Sequence record: AP019521.1
DNA length: 64,000 nt
Origin: Escherichia phage KIT01
Reading direction: 5' to 3' (one strand)
In this document: positions 51,326-61,708 of the stretch, one piece after another
Position numbering within the stretch: the first letter of the stretch is position 1
Layout: each line of letters starts with the position of its first letter
Notes under the pieces: model-generated
Told to the model about the DNA's origin: nothing
Databases searched by the model: none
The model's input: the letters and a program-made list of their open reading frames with translations, nothing else
Made by a program: the position numbers and the translations under genes

Positions 51326-51908
51326 TGTATTTCCTCATAAAAGTAATAACCATACCATCATACCACACTTCCGGATATTTGTGTTCTATTGCTATAGTTC
51401 TAAACCTTCTAGCTTTAGGCATTCCAGATTCTACCCATAATGAATACAGTTCATCCTCTTTATCCCAAGGTATATTTTTACTTCGTCTGTTTGGCCTTGG
51501 TACATCTTTAGCCCAATGGACCTGATGCTTGAATTTTTCCTTCATTGTTTTAGATTGCCGTTCTCTACCTATCTTAGTAGAAGGATTTTTCTTTCCTAAC
51601 ATAGGATGAACTTCCATTAATTGCCCGCCGACACCGCCTTTAGCTATATTAACACAATTACTAAATTTAATTTTGGCTTCGCCAACTAAGAGTTCTTCAA
51701 ACTCAGCATTCAATTCTAGGGTAGGTTGAACGGACAGAATATGTTTTACAAATCTAGTATTTGGGTTTTTCTTGGCAGATTTTATAAAAATACCAGACCC
51801 TAAATAACTATTATTTAGAGAAGTGCTGGTGTGCTTACCAAAATAGACCCAGTAATTATTATCTGTAAATATTTCTGTCATATAACAATAATGTATTTTA
51901 TCTCTCAT
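51315..51908 (-). CDS. putative GIY-YIG-type homing endonuclease (Seg-like, degenerate)
   Basis: ORF 51315..51941 trimmed to ATG at 51908; YCY..(8)..YWVYFGKHTSTS..YLGSG parallels GIY..YIGAHSTS..YMGSG of the endonuclease at 11937. Confidence 0.5.
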   Translation of the reverse strand: MRDKIHYCYMTEIFTDNNYWVYFGKHTSTSLNNSYLGSGIFIKSAKKNPNTRFVKHILSVQPTLELNAEFEELLVGEAKIKFSNCVNIAKGGVGGQLMEVHPMLGKKNPSTKIGRERQSKTMKEKFKHQVHWAKDVPRPNRRSKNIPWDKEDELYSLWVESGMPKARRFRTIAIEHKYPEVWYDGMVITFMRKYNGN

Positions 51909-51966
51909 CGCATGTTTCCTGTGTAATAACCATAGGACCATTATACACTATTCATTTGAACAGCAA

Positions 51967-52356
51967 TTAACCACTCTGTGAGAGCTGGATTCTAATTTGC
52001 TCTAATGTATCAGGGTCATCAACTATACTAAACTGAACCGTTACTATAATCGAGTTATCATCGTACACGGGTGTCACACCTACAGCTAGAGCAGAAATTC
52101 TAGGTTCGAAGTTCCGCACGGCGGAAACTATATTACGCTTAATGGTATCCGTGATTAATGGGGTGATATTCTCAAACAATTGGTTACTGATGTCACAACC
52201 AAATTCCGGCATAAAAGGGCGTGAACCTTTGCGAGTAGTAATAATGCCTAACAAACTATTTTTTACTGCACGAGCACCTGTAGCTTTAGCGACGTCTCTA
52301 TTCCAAGACGTCCTCATTTCAGGGTCTAAATCTGAATACATTTTATTGATATTCAT
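51967..52356 (-). CDS. 25: gp25 baseplate wedge (gpW-like)
   Basis: 129 aa (T4 132). Confidence 0.9.
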   Translation of the reverse strand: MNINKMYSDLDPEMRTSWNRDVAKATGARAVKNSLLGIITTRKGSRPFMPEFGCDISNQLFENITPLITDTIKRNIVSAVRNFEPRISALAVGVTPVYDDNSIIVTVQFSIVDDPDTLEQIRIQLSQSG

Positions 52357-52979
52357 TACATCACCTTAAAGAACTCTTTAAGTCCCTCAATAACGTGGAC
52401 GGTATGTTCACCACATTCACAAGAAATAGGTATGGCCAAAATAGGCTTAGGGGTAACTAGTGCATCATAAACTTCTTTTATATCTTTTTCTGTTATCACA
52501 GAATAAAGGTCATCAAGTTCCGCATCGCTTAAATCGGAAAGAAGAAGCTTTTCGCCTGCAGAAGTTAAAATATAATCGATACACCCTGCGACCATCATAG
52601 CTCTATTTTTATCTTCAAAGAGTTTAGGGTATCTGAAAACAATTTTAAAGTTGCCAAAGTCTTTAATAACATCCGGCTCTTTGCCCAATGTTGCGCGAGT
52701 TAGTGTCATAGGGACAACCTGTGAGCGACCACAACTACAACTCCACTCACGTTCTATATTCACTTCAGCTAATGAATGGGCCCACAGGTTTATCACCAGG
52801 AGCTCAGATTCTTGCTTGTTTAAATCACGAGCATCTGTACAATTCGAAATGAGTTCATTGATAAAGGACTCTATTCTGCCTTCTAATTTAGCTTGGAGCA
52901 AGTCCTTATACTCTCTGAGGGTAAATGCTCTGCATTTTATGGTTTTGTTTTTAATTTTTACGTCAAAAGTATAATTCAT
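52356..52979 (-). CDS. 26: gp26 baseplate hub subunit
   Basis: 207 aa (T4 208); divergent from gp51. Confidence 0.85.
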   Translation of the reverse strand: MNYTFDVKIKNKTIKCRAFTLREYKDLLQAKLEGRIESFINELISNCTDARDLNKQESELLVINLWAHSLAEVNIEREWSCSCGRSQVVPMTLTRATLGKEPDVIKDFGNFKIVFRYPKLFEDKNRAMMVAGCIDYILTSAGEKLLLSDLSDAELDDLYSVITEKDIKEVYDALVTPKPILAIPISCECGEHTVHVIEGLKEFFKVM

Positions 52980-52997
52980 TGTCTTCTCCTTTAAGCT

Positions 52998-53009
52998 TAT
53001 TTATAAATA
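52998..53009. promoter_or_regulatory. overlapping divergent late promoters (minus 52998-53005 for gp26; plus 53002-53009 for gp51)
   Basis: palindromic-like tatttataaata gives TATAAATA on both strands. Confidence 0.6.
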
Positions 53010-53029
53010 CATCAATAAGAGGACACCCT

Positions 53030-53782
53030 ATGGCTAATATAGTACGTTGTGAAATGCCTGATGGAATCCACCGATTTAAACCTTTTACAGTAGCTGATTA
53101 TCGTGATTTTATTTTGATTCGAAATGACATGAATAATAAATCGCCTGAAGAGCAAAAACAAATTTTAGATGAGTTACTGGAAGAATACTTCGGTGAATAT
53201 CCTATGTCATGGCGCCCGTATATGTTCATTGAACTTTACACGTCATCACTCGGCAAGACCAAAATTCCTATCCGATACACTTGTAGTAAGTGTGAAAAGG
53301 ATAGACAAGTTTTATTCAATTTGAAACAGACCAAGTTAGATAATCCCACAATTGAAGTGGCCGGCTTGAAGCTAACATTCAAATTTCCGGAAATAGAATA
53401 TCAAGACAAATCCGAATTGATTCTGAACACCCTCCAAACCGTGGAAGATGAAAACGGAAAATATAATTGGTCGGACCTTTCTGAAGAGGACCAATTAGCC
53501 GTAATAGATGCTATAGACTTATCCACTTTAGAGGATATAGTCAAACAAACTAGCCCTATTAATTTTGAACTAAAATATGGATGCTGTAATCGTAGAACAA
53601 TTACGTATACCGATATTTTAGAGGTGTTTAAGCTTATAGTCAACCCGGATGAGATATTTTTATTTTACCAAATAAACCATTTATTGGTAAAGAACAATTA
53701 TTCATTAGAAAGCATTATGCAGATGATTCCAATCGAACGCGGTATTGCTTTGTCTTTGGTTGAAAAGGACCTTAAGAAATGA
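53030..53782 (+). CDS. 51: gp51 baseplate hub assembly catalyst
   Basis: ORF 52979..53782 trimmed to ATG at 53030 behind aagagga, giving 250 aa (T4 249); late promoter 53002-53009. Confidence 0.85.
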   Translation: MANIVRCEMPDGIHRFKPFTVADYRDFILIRNDMNNKSPEEQKQILDELLEEYFGEYPMSWRPYMFIELYTSSLGKTKIPIRYTCSKCEKDRQVLFNLKQTKLDNPTIEVAGLKLTFKFPEIEYQDKSELILNTLQTVEDENGKYNWSDLSEEDQLAVIDAIDLSTLEDIVKQTSPINFELKYGCCNRRTITYTDILEVFKLIVNPDEIFLFYQINHLLVKNNYSLESIMQMIPIERGIALSLVEKDLKK

Positions 53783-54948
53783 GTTCAAAAACTATGCAAC
53801 GTGAAGGCTTTCCTAATATTAGTATACGCCTTTACGAAGATTATGACGCCTGGTTAGAGCATCGTTTTGTTGAACTAGGCGCGACATTTACTACTCTAAC
53901 AATGCGAGATGGACTTTACGGTAGTAATGAAGGATTGCTCCAGTTTTATGATGCAAAGAACCTTCATACTAAAATGGACGGCGAACAGATTATCCAAATT
54001 TCTGTTAAAAACGCTAACTCTGAGCGTACCCAGTCAAGAATTTATGGAAGCAAACACTTTGCTGTAGGAGTGGATTCGAAGGGCGACAATATCATAACAA
54101 TACAACTCGCCCCAATCCACTTTTTAGAGAATCTTAAATTTAGTCGTATGTTCTTCCCTAGTGTTCAAGAAACATTAACTGAAATGATTGGTGTTATTTA
54201 TCAAGACCGTCCACTTCTTGCTCCTCCTTTGAACGGGATAAACGTTTACGTTCCTAATGTTCCTTGGTGTGATTCAATGGACCGATATATGGAATTTGTA
54301 CGTGAAGTAGGTATGGCTGTTGAATCTGATAAATTTGTATTTGTCTGGGAAGATATAGATGGTATTTCTATCATGGACTACGAATTTATGGTTAATCAAG
54401 AACCAATTAATTTTGTGGTAGGTGAGCCTCGTTTAATAGGCCAATACGTCCAAGATATGGACACACCTATCGCATTTGATTTTGAATGGTTAACTAAAGC
54501 CAACCAGCATTCCAGAAAGCCATATGAAAACGCTACTGTATACGCCCACTCTTTCTTAGACAAAAACGCCACACGAATTACTTTTGGCGATGGGCAAAAC
54601 AGTATATTGGTTTCTCGCTCTGGTGGATATTCCGATTATACCTACCGAAACGGATTTGAAGAAGCTGATAGATTAGTTACTATGGCCCAGTATGATGGAT
54701 ACGCCCATTGTAAGGTATACGGTAACTTTGAACTAACTCCAGGCGATAAGATTAATTTCTATGACCCTAAAAACCAATTCCAATACGATTTTTATGTAGA
54801 CGAAGTTATTCATGAAGTGAGTAACAATACATCAATTACAAACCTTTATATGTTTACTAATGGTAAGCCTATTAAGATTGAAGAACCACCGAAGGTTAAA
54901 AATGAACTTAAAACTGATACTCCCGATCAAGAAAATAACGCTGGGTGA
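53779..54948 (+). CDS. 27: gp27 baseplate hub subunit
   Basis: 389 aa (T4 391). Confidence 0.9.
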   Translation: MSSKTMQREGFPNISIRLYEDYDAWLEHRFVELGATFTTLTMRDGLYGSNEGLLQFYDAKNLHTKMDGEQIIQISVKNANSERTQSRIYGSKHFAVGVDSKGDNIITIQLAPIHFLENLKFSRMFFPSVQETLTEMIGVIYQDRPLLAPPLNGINVYVPNVPWCDSMDRYMEFVREVGMAVESDKFVFVWEDIDGISIMDYEFMVNQEPINFVVGEPRLIGQYVQDMDTPIAFDFEWLTKANQHSRKPYENATVYAHSFLDKNATRITFGDGQNSILVSRSGGYSDYTYRNGFEEADRLVTMAQYDGYAHCKVYGNFELTPGDKINFYDPKNQFQYDFYVDEVIHEVSNNTSITNLYMFTNGKPIKIEEPPKVKNELKTDTPDQENNAG

Positions 54949-55429
54949 CAAAGAGATTTCCATTCCTAAATTGGGTCTTAAACACCAGAAATTGGTTAAA
55001 GATGAAAAGGACCCTTACAAGGCCCTCCATATGACAATGGATTCCATTTGTAAAGGATTAACTGCAGCAGAAACAGATTTTGCTGCTTTGCACCTTTTAG
55101 AATTCAATGGAAGATTAAAAAGTAAAGTAACCAAAGACGGGTTCACATATAATTTAAACGACCTTTATATTTGCCAGCGGCTTGAATTCCAATTCCAAGG
55201 TAAAACGTTTAAATTTAAATCACATGAACCATTTCAAACATTTGGGCCTGTTGATAGTGTATTACAATCCCTTTACCTTGGTGATGATGTACCAGATTTT
55301 CTGGATATGCCTGCCTTTGTTGCTACATGGGCCGACGATATAACTTCTACTGTAGCTATCCCTGGCCCTAATGGTCCTATCAAAGGATTGCTTAAAATCA
55401 TGGATATCTTAAATGAAGAACGAATCTAA
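54902..55429 (+). CDS. 28: gp28 baseplate hub distal subunit
   Basis: ORF 54860..55429 trimmed to Met giving 175 aa (T4 177); overlaps gp27 end by 47 nt in another frame. Confidence 0.75.
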   Translation: MNLKLILPIKKITLGDKEISIPKLGLKHQKLVKDEKDPYKALHMTMDSICKGLTAAETDFAALHLLEFNGRLKSKVTKDGFTYNLNDLYICQRLEFQFQGKTFKFKSHEPFQTFGPVDSVLQSLYLGDDVPDFLDMPAFVATWADDITSTVAIPGPNGPIKGLLKIMDILNEERI

Positions 55430-57149
55430 TCAGAATAGTTTTCGTCGCAATAAACTGATTGAAGAAATGGCCCCTCAGCGTCGTGCTGAGGCGCTAGCCC
55501 AAACTCAGAACGACGAATTAGGAAATATATCAGATGTTTTATCTGATTCCCAGGCGGCGTCTGAATTGCTCTCTGAAGTGGTTGAGACAAAGTCCAATCA
55601 GATTATTAGTTCTGTGGACCGAGTAGATAAAAGCGTCCAAGATGTTGTTGCCGGAACCGAATTAACGGCCGAAGCTATATCAGAACAAACCCAACAATCT
55701 AAAGCTCTTTCGGATGCATTAAACGAAAAGATTAATAAGCTTTCTAATATGTTGGAGGCTAAATTTTCTGGTATTTCTATTCCGCCGGAAGGGAGTTCGT
55801 TAAAGGTTATTGAAGACTCTATTCCGGAAGAACCTAAGGCTGAAACTCCTAAAGTTCCTGCTGTTATTGAAGATATTCTTCCGCCTGAAGATAATAAACC
55901 TGACGCTGAATTTATGCCTGAACCTCCTAAAAATTCAGATGAAGGTAAAGAAGGTGATAAGACTTCTCTTTCTGATAAAATTGAAGCCCTTACTAAAATA
56001 ACTGAAAAGGGATTTAAAGCTTCTATAGGCGTCGCTGATAGAATTTCAGGCATGCTTTTTAAGTATACTATTACCGCTGCTGCTGAAGCTGCTAAACTCG
56101 CCGCAGGTTTAGTCCTTTTAATATTTGGTATAGATGCCATTCGTGTATACTTCCAATATTTCATGGACCAATTTGAGTCAGGGTGGAAAGAATTTAACGA
56201 TAAGTTTAAAGAGTGGGGACCATTACTTGAAGGGCTAATGACATGGGCCAAGAATGCCGAAGCCATGTTTAGTGAAGGGAACTGGTTAGGTCTGGCTGAA
56301 GCTATTATTCGCGGTATGGTTAATCTTACTAAAAATATGGCACAACTTTTAATGCTTGGTATTTCTAAGTTGATTTCTGCTATTTTAAGCAAAATACCTG
56401 GTATGGGTGAGTTGGCCGAAAACGTAGAGGCTTCCGCCTTAATGTCGTATCAACAAAATACCGGAGCCACTTTAGATGACGAAGACCAAACTAAAGTAGC
56501 CAAATACCATGATAGACGTTCTGCTGAGGCTTTAGAAACTGCCGAGAAAATGAATAAGAAGTATAAGGATAAACCCGAGCTTATAAACCAGGCAGAGAAA
56601 TACGGTAATCTTACTAAAGAACAAGCCGACCAATTACGCGCAGGTGGAATTGACACAAGCTTCCGTGACCTCCCTGAAGAAGAACGTTTAGAGTATTTCA
56701 AGAAACGTGATAAGGCCCAAGCTGATATTATTCGTTTGACTCAAACTGCTGATAATATAATGAAGCCTGATTCTAAAGATATCGAAAATGCTAAAGCATT
56801 TAAAGCTGATATCGAGAAACAATTAGCCGACCCTATTATGGCTAAAGGCGGAGCACCGAAGGACCTTAATATCCAACAATTACTTGATAAGATGAATAAA
56901 TCTTTAGAGAAATTTAATGAAGCTGAAAAGCCTAAACCTGCTTCTGTAGCGGAATCTCCTGAAAATACCCAGGTTAAAAAGGTTGATGAGCAAATGAGAG
57001 CAAAGGAAAATGCTAAATATAGTCAGCAAGCTCCAACTCAAATAAATCAGCAAACGAATATCAAGAAAACGAGTAAGACTAGTTATAATTTACCTCCACA
57101 GTCCTCTACTCCGGCTCCTGGTATGCGTCAAGCTACTAAAGTTAATTAG
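55413..57149 (+). CDS. 29: gp29 baseplate hub / tail length determinator
   Basis: 578 aa (T4 590); coiled-coil rich. Confidence 0.9.
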   Translation: MKNESNQNSFRRNKLIEEMAPQRRAEALAQTQNDELGNISDVLSDSQAASELLSEVVETKSNQIISSVDRVDKSVQDVVAGTELTAEAISEQTQQSKALSDALNEKINKLSNMLEAKFSGISIPPEGSSLKVIEDSIPEEPKAETPKVPAVIEDILPPEDNKPDAEFMPEPPKNSDEGKEGDKTSLSDKIEALTKITEKGFKASIGVADRISGMLFKYTITAAAEAAKLAAGLVLLIFGIDAIRVYFQYFMDQFESGWKEFNDKFKEWGPLLEGLMTWAKNAEAMFSEGNWLGLAEAIIRGMVNLTKNMAQLLMLGISKLISAILSKIPGMGELAENVEASALMSYQQNTGATLDDEDQTKVAKYHDRRSAEALETAEKMNKKYKDKPELINQAEKYGNLTKEQADQLRAGGIDTSFRDLPEEERLEYFKKRDKAQADIIRLTQTADNIMKPDSKDIENAKAFKADIEKQLADPIMAKGGAPKDLNIQQLLDKMNKSLEKFNEAEKPKPASVAESPENTQVKKVDEQMRAKENAKYSQQAPTQINQQTNIKKTSKTSYNLPPQSSTPAPGMRQATKVN

Positions 57150-57157
57150 GATTAATA

Positions 57158-58246
57158 ATGAAAGTAAAAGAACTTGACTTTGATGTAGCCTCCTTGTTTA
57201 AAGGAGGTTCAAAGACCTCCGCAGGTCAATCTAAAACACAAGCAATAAAAACCACGGTAACCGCTCAGTACCCAGCTGAGCGTGCTTCAGGTAATGATAC
57301 CTCAACCGATATGGTATTAAACGACCTCTATAAAAATGGATTGCTTTTTACTGCATATAATTTTAGTTCTCGTGTATCTCCGGATTTGCGTAACGACCGT
57401 TCGAGTCAAATGACTAAAAAGTTCTCAAGTGCAGCCAGCAAATTAACAGGCAATAGTGGAACATATAGTGCTGTTAAAAACTTATTTGGTGGAAATACTA
57501 AGGGCGTTAAATTTGATACCCAAGCCTTAGCCAATATTCTTTTACCTCGTTCTAAATCTGATGTGGATTCCGTGTCACATAAATTTAACGATGTAGGCGA
57601 ATCATTGATTACTAAAGGTGGTGGTACTGCTACAGGTATTTTGAGTAACGTTGCAAGTACTGCGGTATTTGGTGCATTGGAATCTGTGACTAATGGTGTA
57701 ATGGCTGATTCAGGTGAGCAGATATACACCACCGCTCGTAGTATGTACGCAGGGCCGGATAACCGTACTAAGGTATTTACCTGGGAAATGACTCCACGAA
57801 ACGCCCAAGACCTTATCCAGATTATTAAAATATATGAAATCTTTAATTACTATTCTTATGGCGAAACAGGCAATTCAGCCTTCGCAGGTGAATTAAAAGA
57901 TAAGATTGATACTTGGTACCGTTCTACATTTAAAAAAGAAGCTATTGACAAGTTTGATGGTAAGCTATTAGGGGAAAGTATTACAAGCTTCCTTTCTAAT
58001 GTTATTGTGGTAAGTAACCCGACCATTTGGTATATCCGAAACTTTGGCGATAGCAGTTCATATGATGGTCGTGAAGATATTTTTGGTCCATGCCAAATCC
58101 AGAGTATACGATTTGATAAAACCCCTGATGGCCATTTTAACGGATTAGCTATTGCTCCTAACTTACCATCTACATTTAGTTTAGAAGTTACTTTCCGTGA
58201 AATTATTACTCTTAACCGTGGCTCACTTTATACGGAAGGATTCTAA
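57158..58246 (+). CDS. 48: gp48 baseplate tail tube cap
   Basis: 362 aa (T4 364). Confidence 0.9.
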   Translation: MKVKELDFDVASLFKGGSKTSAGQSKTQAIKTTVTAQYPAERASGNDTSTDMVLNDLYKNGLLFTAYNFSSRVSPDLRNDRSSQMTKKFSSAASKLTGNSGTYSAVKNLFGGNTKGVKFDTQALANILLPRSKSDVDSVSHKFNDVGESLITKGGGTATGILSNVASTAVFGALESVTNGVMADSGEQIYTTARSMYAGPDNRTKVFTWEMTPRNAQDLIQIIKIYEIFNYYSYGETGNSAFAGELKDKIDTWYRSTFKKEAIDKFDGKLLGESITSFLSNVIVVSNPTIWYIRNFGDSSSYDGREDIFGPCQIQSIRFDKTPDGHFNGLAIAPNLPSTFSLEVTFREIITLNRGSLYTEGF

Positions 58247-59199
58247 TGTATACTTTACAAGAATTTCAGAACCAGGCAATTAATATTGACCTACAGAGGA
58301 ATAACCTGTTTAGTGTAGTATTTGCTACGGTTCCTTCTTCTAAATCCCAGGCGCTCCTCGACCAGTTCGGTGGAGCTTTATTTAACAATATCCCATTGAA
58401 TACCGATTTGTTTGGTATTACACAAGGAGAGTTGACCCAAGGTGTTACGACATTAGTGACAGCGGGCACTCAGAAGTTGATTCGTAAGTCAGGCATAAGT
58501 AAATATCTGATTGGAGCTATGTCATCCAGGGTTGTGCAGAGCTTACTAGGAGAGTTTGAAGTAGGTACATATCTGATGGATTTTTTCAATATGGCCTATC
58601 CTACGGCAGGTCTTTTAGTCCACGCCGTTAAAATCCCGGATAATACTTTGAACTATGAAATGGATTTGAACCACAACTCGCCTAACATCAAAATTACCGG
58701 AAGAGAATATTCTCCATTGGTATTAAGCTTCCGTATGGATTCTGAAGCTGCTAACTACCGTGCTTTTAATGATTGGGTCAATAGTGTCCAAGACCCTATT
58801 ACACAATTAAGAGCATTGCCTGAGGATGTTGAAGCCGACATTCAAGTCAACCTTCATTCTCGTAATGGATTACCCCATACAGTAGTAATGCTTAATGGTT
58901 GTGTTCCTGTTGGTGTTTCGTCACCAGAATTATCTTATGACGGTGATAACCAAATTGCTTCGTTTGATGTTACATTTGCTTATAGAAGTGTACAGACGGG
59001 TGCAGTTGGCAAACAAGCTGCTTATGAATGGTTGGAAGATAAAGTCCTTAAAGGCGTGGCAGGGATAAGTGAGAGCAATTCGCTGAGTTCTTCAGTAGCT
59101 AAATTAAGCCGACTTTCAGGAGCTTCTAGTGGATTAACAGGATTAGTTAATACATTTGGTGGGCGTGCTATTAATAATGGAATATCGAGGTTGTTATAA
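58246..59199 (+). CDS. 54: gp54 baseplate tail tube initiator
   Basis: 317 aa (T4 320). Confidence 0.9.
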   Translation: MYTLQEFQNQAINIDLQRNNLFSVVFATVPSSKSQALLDQFGGALFNNIPLNTDLFGITQGELTQGVTTLVTAGTQKLIRKSGISKYLIGAMSSRVVQSLLGEFEVGTYLMDFFNMAYPTAGLLVHAVKIPDNTLNYEMDLNHNSPNIKITGREYSPLVLSFRMDSEAANYRAFNDWVNSVQDPITQLRALPEDVEADIQVNLHSRNGLPHTVVMLNGCVPVGVSSPELSYDGDNQIASFDVTFAYRSVQTGAVGKQAAYEWLEDKVLKGVAGISESNSLSSSVAKLSRLSGASSGLTGLVNTFGGRAINNGISRLL

Positions 59200-59204
59200 C
59201 AAAA

Positions 59205-59228
59205 AAGGAGAGCATATGCTCTCCTTTA
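59205..59228. terminator. bidirectional terminator between gp54 and the alt-side operon
   Basis: perfect palindrome ggagagca-ta-tgctctcc flanked by A-tract and tttagg. Confidence 0.6.
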
Positions 59229-59233
59229 GGGGT

Positions 59234-59524
59234 TTATTTACGGAACGAAATGAAACCTGCTGTGGTCATTAGTGGTTGCTTTTTAACAAAGACCGTGATA
59301 GAAATAGGAGCTTCAGATTCAAGCTGACCGGTTACTACACCATTAAAGATATTTTCAGTTTGTTCTGGATGAGAAAAATTCTCAACAGGTCGGATATCAA
59401 ACTGTTTGTCTTCACCGAAAACTCGACGTAATTCATTACCTACTGCACTGTCAAACTCTTCGGAAGCAGGGATAACGTTTTCAACCACCAGTTCTTGACC
59501 ATTAAAACGGAATGCAGATTTCAT
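59234..59524 (-). CDS. hypothetical protein downstream of alt
   Basis: 96-aa ORF; early-type promoter at about 59535-59575. Confidence 0.4.
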   Translation of the reverse strand: MKSAFRFNGQELVVENVIPASEEFDSAVGNELRRVFGEDKQFDIRPVENFSHPEQTENIFNGVVTGQLESEAPISITVFVKKQPLMTTAGFISFRK

Positions 59525-59581
59525 AATGTTCTCCTCATGTTTGTGTAAGGTAATAGTACCACATCCTTGTGGTGTTGTAAA

Positions 59582-61705
59582 CTACATTTTGAATTTATTT
59601 GATAAAGAAGAGATATCCAAAGACGCGGCAAGGATTTCCATAGCTTCGTTGCTTTCAGAAACGGATTCATTAACCAAGAATTGACTGAATCCATCCATCA
59701 GGCGAACTTCACCAGTTTCCATCAAATGGTCACCATCGTAAACAGATTCGCTGAGCTCTGAAGGAGGCGTTACGGTAGCTTCCATAAGGTATTTGTGAGA
59801 TACTCTATCATTCATGGCAAAAGCCGCTACTTTATCAACCTTCAACAATAATCCACGCGGAAGGATAATTTCTGCTTCTTCGGCATATTCTGTAAGGTCA
59901 CCAGGAGCGATAACTTTAACTGCTTCAGCACCTCGAATAACCATACCAATTTCAGCAATTCTATCCGCAGGACCTTCAGGTGCAATTGGATTACCGAACT
60001 CGTCTTCTTCCCATTCTACCTCTTCGTCATCGACTTCACCCACATCAGATGAACTACCACTAGCCAATTTAAACAACTCATCAGCAGAGGATAAAGAACC
60101 TTCACCACCAACAAAAACGGCTTGGTTGTCGAGGGCCATATAATTTTTACCAAATTCACCAAAGATGTTAGGCTTTAATGAGGCTGACACAAAGTTCTTA
60201 AAGTAAAATGTTTTGTTATCGATATTATGGCGCAGAATTTTGTATGGCAAATCCTGACCACGATACAAAATAGTACCCTTAGGAAGTTTAATACCCTTAG
60301 TAAATGCTGAGTCTAAATCCTTAATCAATTTAATAGCCGTTGTATTGTTTTCGGATTCAGGTTTACCTAAAAGGAATAAGTTCATAGGAGCATATTCAGC
60401 CGCGCAATATTCAATAATAGCATTGCTTTCGTCTTTGGTTAGGTCCTTAGGTTTAATGAGCTCGCCTGAATAAGCATATGCATCACTAATAGAATCGTTA
60501 ACCAGTTTATAAACGGCTTCCATAGCGAAAGCAATTCGAGATGCTTTCTCTGAAGGGGAACCCTTAAAACGGGTACTCAGGTTATTAACAATTTTCTTAA
60601 TAATATCCAGACTATTGGTTGTATTGATTTGCGAAAGGCCACTTAAAAGTCTATCGACTTCTGTATTAAAAAATGCCATATTATTAGAGTAAATTTCAAA
60701 CCCTTGTTTATCTCTATTAGCATAATTTAGTTTAAATTTACTATCAGTCATTAAAGCGTGTGTGAGAGCAATAGTGTATCTAAAGTTGGCAAGGTCCTCG
60801 CTCTTAGATTTAAACTGAGAAGCCTGGCGCATTTTAGTAATAGCACCTTTTTTAAAGTTCTGACTAATCTGTTCAATACCTTCGTTCTCAGGGCCTTCAG
60901 CCGTGTGAACCGGTACAGAAGCTTCAAACTCGTTATAAACCTGCAATTCTTTAGGGGACAAAGTTTCAGGCTCAGCAGTAGAATACTGCGCGGCCGCTGC
61001 CATACGACGCGAAATCTTAGTACGAGTAATAACAGCCTTATCAGTACGTTTCTCTTCAACTTGTGCAATAGATGCCGCTACGGCTTCGACCTTACTTACG
61101 GCCTGGCCAGTTTTCTTAGAAACATACACTTCGCCAACTTTAGACTCAACTTTAGTATAAAGATCGGCATTAATTTCAGGCATACCCTTGATATCTTCAA
61201 TATTAGCACCACGACGTACTAAAAGAACGTAGGTATGTTTTCCGCTGAATTGGAACATGTCGTCAACAACTTTAAACTTACCACCGGTACGAGCCATAGC
61301 CAAACGAGCTAATACGCGCTGGACGGTAGGACCTTTACCTTTCATTTTCTTAGTAGGGAAACGGAACAAAACCGCGTCCATTTTAAGTTTGTTTACTTGT
61401 TCGTATATGGTATCGAAAATGGTGTTCAGTGTACCGAGTGGATCGGTACCCAAACCACCCTTGAGTTCTGCCGGAGCGCCTTTAGCAGATAAACTCATTA
61501 AGATAACATGGACGTACTTATCACCATTTTTAACCATCTTAATAGCGTCGCCTTCAGACGCATAAGATACCATACGTGCTACTAAATTGTCATTACCAGG
61601 AGCATGTACCGCAAAAATCTGCGGTACGCCTGAGCCAGGTTTAAGATTTGTTACTGGGTAATTTTTTTTATCGCTTTTATCAAAAACTTCGTTTAAATTT
61701 TCCAT
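59582..61705 (-). CDS. alt: Alt-like ADP-ribosyltransferase, paralog 1
   Basis: 707 aa (T4 Alt 682); N-terminus and ...YTKVESKVGEVYVSKKTG... match recalled T4 Alt; ART motifs LYRGQ, FVSASL, EEAEIILPRG; C-terminal DGDHLMETGE. Confidence 0.9.
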   Translation of the reverse strand: MENLNEVFDKSDKKNYPVTNLKPGSGVPQIFAVHAPGNDNLVARMVSYASEGDAIKMVKNGDKYVHVILMSLSAKGAPAELKGGLGTDPLGTLNTIFDTIYEQVNKLKMDAVLFRFPTKKMKGKGPTVQRVLARLAMARTGGKFKVVDDMFQFSGKHTYVLLVRRGANIEDIKGMPEINADLYTKVESKVGEVYVSKKTGQAVSKVEAVAASIAQVEEKRTDKAVITRTKISRRMAAAAQYSTAEPETLSPKELQVYNEFEASVPVHTAEGPENEGIEQISQNFKKGAITKMRQASQFKSKSEDLANFRYTIALTHALMTDSKFKLNYANRDKQGFEIYSNNMAFFNTEVDRLLSGLSQINTTNSLDIIKKIVNNLSTRFKGSPSEKASRIAFAMEAVYKLVNDSISDAYAYSGELIKPKDLTKDESNAIIEYCAAEYAPMNLFLLGKPESENNTTAIKLIKDLDSAFTKGIKLPKGTILYRGQDLPYKILRHNIDNKTFYFKNFVSASLKPNIFGEFGKNYMALDNQAVFVGGEGSLSSADELFKLASGSSSDVGEVDDEEVEWEEDEFGNPIAPEGPADRIAEIGMVIRGAEAVKVIAPGDLTEYAEEAEIILPRGLLLKVDKVAAFAMNDRVSHKYLMEATVTPPSELSESVYDGDHLMETGEVRLMDGFSQFLVNESVSESNEAMEILAASLDISSLSNKFKM

Positions 61706-61708
61706 TAT

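Noticed and set aside
55598-56392. 264-aa minus-strand ORF inside gp29
   Set aside because: Antisense to a confident structural gene; Ser/Leu-rich low-complexity product; no start context.
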